DNA from: Candidatus Dormiibacterota bacterium
Lineage (GTDB): Bacteria; Chloroflexota; Dormibacteria; Dormibacterales; Dormibacteraceae
Length of the DNA: 31,356 nt
Assembly (NCBI GenBank): GCA_036500885.1
Contig: DASYBH010000261.1
Location: 1-31,356, forward strand
Direction of reading: 5' to 3'
The notes beneath the pieces were generated by a model that saw only the letters and a program-made list of their open reading frames with translations, searched no databases and was not told where the DNA came from. Positions 25,369 through 31,356 of this stretch are shown here, piece by piece. Positions within the stretch are counted from its first letter, which is position 1, and each line of letters begins with the position of its first letter. The position numbers and the translations under genes were made by a program.

Positions 25369-25752
25369 ATGCCTGAAGCCGCGCAGATTCGCAAGGCGGT
25401 CGAGACGTACGTCCAGAGCTTCAACACGAAGGACAAGCACGCGTTCCTGAGCGTGTTCGCGGAGGGCGTCCAGCAGATCGATCCCGTCGGCTCGAAGCCC
25501 AACGTGGGCAAGCACAAGCTGGCGGCGTTCTGGGACACCCTCTTCAGCCAGGTCGAGAAGATCGACTTTCGCGTCACCGACCTGTTCATCACCGGCGACG
25601 AGGCGGCCCTGCTGTTCCACATCACGCAGTCGAAGAAGGACGGGGACGTCGTGGTCGACGGGGTCGACGTCTTCCAGGTGAACGACGCGGGCCACATCAC
25701 GCTGATCAAGGGCTACTCGGACGCGAACCACGTCAGGTCGAACTCTCACTGA
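25369..25752 (+). CDS. Ketosteroid-isomerase-like NTF2/SnoaL protein, 127 aa
   Basis: Y14, D38 (DPVG) and D100 (VDVF) align with the KSI catalytic Tyr14/Asp38/Asp99. AAGGAGG ribosome-binding site. Confidence 0.85.
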   Translation: MPEAAQIRKAVETYVQSFNTKDKHAFLSVFAEGVQQIDPVGSKPNVGKHKLAAFWDTLFSQVEKIDFRVTDLFITGDEAALLFHITQSKKDGDVVVDGVDVFQVNDAGHITLIKGYSDANHVRSNSH

Positions 25753-25762
25753 CAGATGGAGC

Positions 25763-25790
25763 TCCCTCCCCCGCAGCCGCGGGGGATGGA
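25763..25790. repeat. REP-like hairpin or possible terminator after the KSI-like gene
   Basis: TCCCTCCCCCGC-AGCC-GCGGGGGATGGA, related to the 6059 and 19489 hairpins. Confidence 0.5.
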
Positions 25791-25830
25791 TGTCTCGCGC
25801 CCGCCACACCGCCAGATGATCGATTCCGAA

Positions 25831-25990
25831 TTGGTCTGAAGCACGAAGCCACGAAGAGCACGAAGACGCACGAAGGTTTTCGAGGTCAGTCCAAGCGCTC
25901 CAGCCGGTCGCCAGATCCAAATTCCTTCGTGCGTCTTCGTGCCCTTCGTGGCTCCGTGCTGCAACTCGTTCAGACAATCGGCCGCTCGAA
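25831..25990. repeat. CACGAAG-unit long-hairpin repeat, copy 2
   Basis: Same orientation as copy 1 and colinear with it (offset 15,198 bp), with the same 49-nt spacer length and near-identical arms. Confidence 0.9.
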
Positions 25991-26106
25991 CGGGCACCGC
26001 CCCATCCGCCCGGGAACCGCACCGGATTCGGAATCGTTCATCTCTGGACCGTGAGCTGACCTCCCGCCCCGCCGGAATCGACCCTCCGGTGTCGGAAGGC
26101 GTCTGG

Positions 26107-26120
26107 TAGGGTTCGGTCGG
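26107..26120 (+). promoter_or_regulatory. Candidate -10 element for a leaderless transcript
   Basis: TAGGGT 8 nt before ATG 26121, with no Shine-Dalgarno sequence. Confidence 0.4.
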
Positions 26121-27287
26121 ATGGACGCCGACGTGGCCGTCATCGGAGGTGGGCCCGTCGGCGCGACGCTGGCGCTGCTGCTGGCCCGCGCCGGGCGGCG
26201 CGTGACCGTCCTGGAGAAGGCGCAGCTTCCCCGTGACAAGCCATGCGGCGAGGGCCTGATGCCGAGCGGCGTCCGGGTGCTGGCCACCGCCGGCGTCGAC
26301 CTCGGCGCGGAGGGGTTTCCACGGGTGGGCGGCGTCCGGTACCGGCTGCTCGGCGGCGGTTCGGTGCGCGGCGAGCTGCGCTCCGGGCCCGGACGCGGGG
26401 TTCGCCGGACGCGCCTCGACGCGCTGCTGGCCGAGCGAGCCGCATCCGTGGCGGGCGTGACCTTCCTCGCCGGCTGCGCCGCGCGCGGCGTGAGCCTGGA
26501 CGGCGGCGGCGCGCGCGTCGATACGCAGGCGGGCGTGCTTCGGGCGCGCATCCTCGTGGGGGCGGACGGCCTGCGGTCGCCTGTCGCCCGCTGGCTCGGG
26601 TGGGCGCGGCCGCCGGCGGGGCATCCCAGGTACGCGCTGGTTGGCCACCTGGCGGCCGGCGGGGAGACGCTCCGAGACGAGATCGTGGTCACGCTCCTGG
26701 GGACCGTCGAGGTGTACGCGGCCCCGTCCGGTCCCGACGAGGTGCTGGTGGCGATCCTCGGCTCGAGGGGTGCGCTGCGCCGGCCGGGGCTGAGCGTGAC
26801 GGAGAGCTATCGGGAGGCCGCGGAGCGCGCTCATCCGGACCTGGCGGGTGCGCCGCTGGTGGGACGCGTGCACGGCGCGGGGCCGTTCCGGACGTGGCCG
26901 CGGACCGTCGCGGGCGGCTGCGCCTTCCTGGCCGGAGACGCTGCCGGGTTTCTCGATCCGCTGACGGGCGACGGCATCGCCGCCGGCCTGACGCAGGCGG
27001 CGGCGCTCGCCCGACTGCTGGCCGCACCGCTCGACCTCGCGGATGCCCGGCAGGTCGCGGAGGCCGCCGCCGCGTACCGCGCCGAGCGAGCGCGGCACTG
27101 GCGCCGGCGGCGGACGGTGACGGCCCTCGCGCTGGCGCTGACCGGCTCGACGGCGCTGGCGCGCCGGGCGATGGCAGGAGTGGGCCGCCGGCCGGGGGCG
27201 CTGCAGTCGCTGCTGGAGGTGAACGACGGCACGCGCGGCCTGGGCGGCATCGGCGCCCGCGACTGGGCTGCCCTGGCCGGATTCTGA
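26121..27287 (+). CDS. FAD-dependent oxidoreductase (geranylgeranyl-reductase/SrsC-like)
   Basis: DVAVIGGGPVG, RDKPCGEGL, VGADGLRS and LAGDAAGFLDPLTGDGI. Adjacent to the type III PKS. Confidence 0.9.
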   Translation: MDADVAVIGGGPVGATLALLLARAGRRVTVLEKAQLPRDKPCGEGLMPSGVRVLATAGVDLGAEGFPRVGGVRYRLLGGGSVRGELRSGPGRGVRRTRLDALLAERAASVAGVTFLAGCAARGVSLDGGGARVDTQAGVLRARILVGADGLRSPVARWLGWARPPAGHPRYALVGHLAAGGETLRDEIVVTLLGTVEVYAAPSGPDEVLVAILGSRGALRRPGLSVTESYREAAERAHPDLAGAPLVGRVHGAGPFRTWPRTVAGGCAFLAGDAAGFLDPLTGDGIAAGLTQAAALARLLAAPLDLADARQVAEAAAAYRAERARHWRRRRTVTALALALTGSTALARRAMAGVGRRPGALQSLLEVNDGTRGLGGIGARDWAALAGF

Positions 27288-27299
27288 GAGCGGTGCGCC

Positions 27300-27387
27300 A
27301 AACCCCCACCCCCAAGACCACCCCACCCGGGGGAGAACGGAGGCGCCCGCAGAGTACGGCCGGCACTCGGGTGGCGGCAACCCACCC
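27300..27387. repeat. Intergenic REP-like elements between the oxidoreductase and the PKS
   Basis: AAACCCCCACCCCCAAGACC matches the reverse complement of 19511-19528. Also contains the hairpin GGGTGG-CGGCAAC-CCACCC (27369-27387). Confidence 0.45.
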
Positions 27388-27418
27388 TGTTAATGACGGT
27401 GGGAGCAGGGCGCCCGGC

Positions 27419-28483
27419 GTGCCGGCCGCATTCCTCGGCTTCGGCACGGCGCTGCCCGAGCACACCATCGACGGGGAGGGCAGCAGGTCCCTGCTCGCCG
27501 CCATCTGGCCCCGTCTGCGCGCGGCCGCGCCGGCGCCGATCACCCGCCACCTGGTCGCCCCGGTGGACTGGCTCCTCCGCCCGCGCTCGCTGGGCGAGAC
27601 GATGCGCGTCTACGCCGAGCACGCCCCCCGTCTGGCGCAGCTGGCCAGCCGCGCCGCGCTGGAGGCGGCGGGCGTGGCGCCCGGCGAGATCGACCTGGTG
27701 ATCTCGGTCTCCTGCACCGGCTACATGGTCCCCTCGCTGGACGTCCGCCTGGCCGCCGAGATCGGCCTGCGGCCGGACGTCACGCGCCTGCCGCTGACCG
27801 TGCTGGGCTGCTCCGGCGGCGCGGCCGCCGTGGCCGCGGCGCACCGGCACCTGACGGCGTTCCCCCACGACCGCGTGCTCGTCGTCGCCGTCGAGGTCCC
27901 CTCACTGACGTTCCAGCGCGACGACCGCTCGCTGGACAACCTGGCCGCGTCGCTGGTCTTCGGCGACGGCGCCGCGGCGGCCGTCATGGGCGGCGCGGCG
28001 GAGCTGTCAGACGCCCTCCTGCAGGTGCGCGGCGCCGCATCCCGGCTGCTGCCCTCCAGCACGGACGCGCTCGGGTTCGACCTCCGGGACGGCGGCTTCC
28101 ACGTCGTGCTCGACCGGCGGCTGTCGAGCCTGATCGAGCGCAGCCTGGGCGAGGTGGTCGCCAGCTTCACCGCCCGGCAGGGCATCGTCGACCGCCCGCG
28201 GTTCTACGCCGTCCACGCCGGCGGCCCCCGTGTCTTCGACGCCGTGGAGGCCGCGCTGGGCCTCGGCCCGGACGAACTGGCGCTCTCCCGGCGCGTGCTG
28301 CGGGAGGTGGGAAACCTCTCGTCCGCCTCGATCCTGTTCAGCCTGGCCCAGCTGCCGGCCGTGGAGGGCGACGGCCTGGCGATCGCCTTCGGCCCCGGCG
28401 TCACGATCGAGCTGGCGCACCTGCACAGCGATCAGAACACGCGCGGGACCAGCCGGGCGCGGCCGCTGAACGCCTCCTCGTAG
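27419..28483 (+). CDS. Type III polyketide synthase (SrsA/BpsA-like)
   Basis: Catalytic triad LGCSGG (Cys), VHAGG (His) and GNLSS (Asn), plus SVSCTG, LVFGDGAAA and AFGPG. The start at GTG 27419 is approximate. Confidence 0.93.
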   Translation: MPAAFLGFGTALPEHTIDGEGSRSLLAAIWPRLRAAAPAPITRHLVAPVDWLLRPRSLGETMRVYAEHAPRLAQLASRAALEAAGVAPGEIDLVISVSCTGYMVPSLDVRLAAEIGLRPDVTRLPLTVLGCSGGAAAVAAAHRHLTAFPHDRVLVVAVEVPSLTFQRDDRSLDNLAASLVFGDGAAAAVMGGAAELSDALLQVRGAASRLLPSSTDALGFDLRDGGFHVVLDRRLSSLIERSLGEVVASFTARQGIVDRPRFYAVHAGGPRVFDAVEAALGLGPDELALSRRVLREVGNLSSASILFSLAQLPAVEGDGLAIAFGPGVTIELAHLHSDQNTRGTSRARPLNASS

Positions 28484-28992
28484 CCGGGGACGGCGGCCAG
28501 CAGCCGCTCCTCCTCGCGGATGCGGTCGGCCAGCACGAGCGCGTCCAGCAGCGAGAGCCCCACCGCGCTCCACGTCGCGCCACCGGCCATCGGCAGCGCG
28601 ACGAACTCCAGCGCCACCGCCAGGTAGTTCGGATGGCGGACGAATCGGTAGGGGCCGCTCGCCACGGGCCGAAGGTCGGCCGGAACGACCGCCCTGACGT
28701 TCCAGCTCGCTCCGAGGGTGCGGATGCTCCACCAGCGCAGCGCGGTCGCCGCGCCGAGGAGGCCCAGCCACAGCGCGGGCGCTCGCGGGCGCCGGCGCCG
28801 GCGCCGGAGCGCCACCTCCAGCAGCGGCAGCGTGCAGAGGCACGCGTGCGTGGCCACCATCAGCGGATACGTGCGCGCGGCGGCCCGCGAGCCGCGCACG
28901 CCGCGCTCGTTCCGGCGTGACAGCGCCAGCTCGCGCACCCGCTGGGCGCCCACCAGGGCGACCAGCCCGATGTACCACGCCGGCGGCCGCAA
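28432..28992 (-). CDS. Isoprenylcysteine carboxyl methyltransferase family protein (SrsB/BpsB-like)
   Basis: QRVRELALSRRN, LRWWSIRTLG, GPYRFVRHPNY and RIREEERLL. Probable TTG start at 28992 after GAGGAGG. Confidence 0.9.
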   Translation of the reverse strand: MRPPAWYIGLVALVGAQRVRELALSRRNERGVRGSRAAARTYPLMVATHACLCTLPLLEVALRRRRRRPRAPALWLGLLGAATALRWWSIRTLGASWNVRAVVPADLRPVASGPYRFVRHPNYLAVALEFVALPMAGGATWSAVGLSLLDALVLADRIREEERLLAAVPGYEEAFSGRARLVPRVF

Positions 28993-28994
28993 CG

Positions 28995-29972
28995 TCAGCG
29001 CGCCTCCTCGCGCACCGTCAGCACGACCTTGCCCAGCGCCTGACGGTCGCCGATCAGGCGCACCGCGTCCGCCGCCTGCTCCAGCGGCAGCTCGGCCCCG
29101 ACCAGCGGGTCGACGAAGCCCGACTCGACCATGCGCAGCAGGTCCTCGTGGGTGGGCGCCTTGATCCCGGGCTCCCGCTCCAGGAACGCGCCCCACGCGG
29201 CCCCGACGATGTCGATGTTGCGGAAGAGCACCCGGTTCATGGCCAGCGTCGGGATGGAGCCGCCCGCGAATCCGATGATGACCAGGCGGCCCTCGGGCGC
29301 CAGCGCGCGCACGCTGTCGTCGAAGCGGTCCCCGGCCACGGGGTCGAAGATCACGTCAACGCCGCCGCCGCTCGCCTCGCGCACGCGCCCGAGCCAGCCC
29401 TCGCCGGACCGCACGGTGGCGTCGGCGCCCAGCCTCGTCGCCGCCTCGGCCTTGCGCTCGTCCGACACGACCGCGATCACCCGCGCGCCGAGCGCCCTGC
29501 CGACCTGGATCGCCGCGCTGCCCACGCCGCCGGCGGCTCCGTGCACCAGCAGCGTCTCGCCCGCCCCCAGCCGGCCCCGCCGGACGAGGCCGAAGTGGGC
29601 GGTGTGGTAGTTCATCAGGAGGCCGGCGCCCTGGGCCATCGTCAGCCGGTCCGGCAGCGGGAAGACCTGGTCCGGCGGCGCCGCGACCCGCTCCGTCCAG
29701 CTCCCGAGCGCGCTCGCCACGACCCGCTGGCCGGGCCGCACGCCGGACGCGGCCGGCGCGTCGACGACCACCCCGGCGCTCTCCAGGCCCATCACGAAGG
29801 GCACCTCCGGCCGCAGCTGGTACAGCCCCTGCGACAGCAGCAGGTCCGGGAAGGAGACGCCGGCGGCGTGGACGTCGATCAGGACGCTGGCGCCGTCGGG
29901 ATGCGGCTCGGGCCGGTCGGCCAGCGCCATGCCGTCGGGCCCGGCCAGCCGCTCCAGGACGACGGCCTTCAC
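28995..29972 (-). CDS. NADPH:quinone oxidoreductase family (zeta-crystallin MDR)
   Basis: VKAVV...AGVSFPDLL..QGLYQ, LVHGAAGGVGSAAIQ, GGVDVIFDPVAG, GRLVIIGFAGG and GKVVL. Start is GTG 29972 (alternative ATG 30020). Confidence 0.92.
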   Translation of the reverse strand: MKAVVLERLAGPDGMALADRPEPHPDGASVLIDVHAAGVSFPDLLLSQGLYQLRPEVPFVMGLESAGVVVDAPAASGVRPGQRVVASALGSWTERVAAPPDQVFPLPDRLTMAQGAGLLMNYHTAHFGLVRRGRLGAGETLLVHGAAGGVGSAAIQVGRALGARVIAVVSDERKAEAATRLGADATVRSGEGWLGRVREASGGGVDVIFDPVAGDRFDDSVRALAPEGRLVIIGFAGGSIPTLAMNRVLFRNIDIVGAAWGAFLEREPGIKAPTHEDLLRMVESGFVDPLVGAELPLEQAADAVRLIGDRQALGKVVLTVREEAR

Positions 29973-30038
29973 CGGGCCGCCTCGGCGGGTTCGCTTCGCT
30001 GCGCGTTCATCGCCGCTCATGTTGCCGTTTTCGTCGAG

Positions 30039-30050
30039 TACAGTCAGCCT
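30039..30050 (+). promoter_or_regulatory. Candidate -10 element for a leaderless transcript
   Basis: TACAGT 6 nt before ATG 30051, with no Shine-Dalgarno sequence. Confidence 0.45.
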
Positions 30051-31205
30051 ATGGACTTCGATCTGACCCCCGCTGAGCGCGCCTTTCGCGACGAGGTGCG
30101 GGACTGGCTGCGTGCCAACCGGCCGGCGTGGGCCGACGGCGACACGGAGGACGCCGCCTCCGCCAGCTGGCTGGAGCAGCGGGTCGCCTGGCAGCGCCAG
30201 CTGCACGATGCCGGGTACATCGGCATGAACTGGCCGAAGGAGTACGGCGGCCGCGGCGCGACGCTGATGGAGCAGGTCATCCTGAGCCAGGAGATGGTCG
30301 AGGCTCGGGCGCCAGGGCCCATCAACGTGCTCGGCCTGGGCATGGGCGGTCCGGTCATCATCGCCCACGGCACCGAGGAGCAGAAGCGTCGCTACCTGGA
30401 GAAGATCCTCAGCGCCGAGGAGATCTGGTGCCAGGGGTTCAGCGAGCCCAACGCCGGCAGCGACCTGTCCGCCCTGCAGACGCGGGCCGTCGACATGGGT
30501 GATCACTACGTGGTGACCGGGCAGAAGGTCTGGACGACCCTGGCCCACGTGTCGCGGTGGTGCCTGCTGCTCACGCGCGAGCGCCAGGAGGCCAACCCGC
30601 GCCACGGCCTGACCTACCTGATCGTCGACATGAAGAGCCCCGGCGTCGAGGTCCGGCCGCTGGTCCAGATCACCGGTGAGGCGGAGTTCAACGAGGTCTT
30701 CTTCGACCAGGTCGCGGTGCCCAAGTCGCAGGTGCTGGGCAGGCCCGGCCAGGGCTGGGACGTCGCCATCACCACGCTCCTGCACGAGCGGGGCACCCTC
30801 GGCACGACGCTGGCGAACCAGGGTTCCGTGACGGTCCGCGAGCTGATCGACCATGCGCGCGGGAGCGGGCGCGGCGGCGAGCGGCTGATCCGGCAGGCGA
30901 TCGCGCGGCACTACGTGGAGGCGCGCACCCTGCAGCTCGTCGGTCAGCGGGCCGTGACCAGCGTCATGAAGACCGGCATCCCCGGGCCGGAGGGCTCGAT
31001 CATCAAGCTGTTCTACTCGGAGCTCAACCAGCGGATGCAGGAGACCGCGATCGACCTGATGGGCCCGGGCGGCCAGGTCGAGAACGGCAACCGCTGGCAG
31101 TACGGCTTCCTCCGCTCGCGGGCCAACACGATCGAGGCCGGCACCTCGGAGGTGCTGCGCAACATCCTGGCCGAGCGCGTCCTGGGTCTACCCCGCAGCC
31201 GGTAG
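30051..31205 (+). CDS. Acyl-CoA dehydrogenase family protein
   Basis: MDFDLTPAERAFRDEVRDWL, WPKEYGGRG, WCQGFSEPNAGSDL, GQKVWTT, EFNEVFFD, LLHER and TIEAGTSEVLRNILAERVLGLPR. Confidence 0.95.
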   Translation: MDFDLTPAERAFRDEVRDWLRANRPAWADGDTEDAASASWLEQRVAWQRQLHDAGYIGMNWPKEYGGRGATLMEQVILSQEMVEARAPGPINVLGLGMGGPVIIAHGTEEQKRRYLEKILSAEEIWCQGFSEPNAGSDLSALQTRAVDMGDHYVVTGQKVWTTLAHVSRWCLLLTRERQEANPRHGLTYLIVDMKSPGVEVRPLVQITGEAEFNEVFFDQVAVPKSQVLGRPGQGWDVAITTLLHERGTLGTTLANQGSVTVRELIDHARGSGRGGERLIRQAIARHYVEARTLQLVGQRAVTSVMKTGIPGPEGSIIKLFYSELNQRMQETAIDLMGPGGQVENGNRWQYGFLRSRANTIEAGTSEVLRNILAERVLGLPRSR

Positions 31206-31214
31206 CGGTCCGAA

Positions 31215-31249
31215 GAGCGGCCGGACCTCCGTGCGTGGGCCGGCCGCTC
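31215..31249 (+). terminator. Hairpin downstream of the acyl-CoA dehydrogenase
   Basis: 10-bp inverted repeat GAGCGGCCGG / CCGGCCGCTC, 9 nt after the stop codon. No U-tract. Confidence 0.45.
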
Positions 31250-31356
31250 TCCTCAGCCGCCGCGCACGCAGGTCCCCAGATGGGTGGGAGTCCGAACACC
31301 TGATGGCCTGCCGCTGACGGCTGGCGACGAGCTGGGCAAGCAACCGCTGTCTGGCC

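Noticed and set aside
31253-31356. Possible 3' end of a minus-strand gene at the right edge
   Set aside because: Only 33 low-complexity codons are visible; it cannot be supported.

Overview
High-GC bacterial window with about 27 supportable CDS. I found no rRNA, tRNA, CRISPR array, transposase or integrase, and the taxon cannot be determined from this sequence. From left to right it contains: (i) a MacB/FtsX-type ABC permease (partial, missing from the ORF track) transcribed head-to-head with an EfeO-like cupredoxin lipoprotein and a LolD-type ATPase; (ii) a PaoABC/YagTSR-type molybdoenzyme; (iii) glgX plus an AGE-family epimerase-like protein fused to a degenerate STAS domain; (iv) a regulatory block made of a small ORF, an unknown HTH protein, a large ATP-binding LuxR (LAL) regulator and an Asp-less receiver LuxR regulator; (v) two enzyme operons (DJ-1, ABM-VOC fusion, ferritin-like, TMEM175; and GMC oxidoreductase, SnoaL cyclase, DJ-1/PfpI, KSI-like) flanking an MFS exporter fused to a TetR-like domain; (vi) a SrsABC/BpsAB-like type III PKS trio, an NADPH:quinone reductase and an acyl-CoA dehydrogenase. 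The best candidate for an undescribed system is the roughly 20 kb glgX/AGE-STAS to KSI-like cluster. It has tailoring-type enzymes and an exporter but no canonical biosynthetic core. Its two enzyme operons share a promoter architecture that can be read directly from the sequence (TGAGTAATC...AGCCTACTCA-N22-TANNNT). Also notable are an HTH gene carrying a near-copy of the palindrome found upstream of the LAL gene, and two colinear 151-bp CACGAAG hairpin elements 15,198 bp apart. All functional calls come from motif recognition by eye; no database searches were run.
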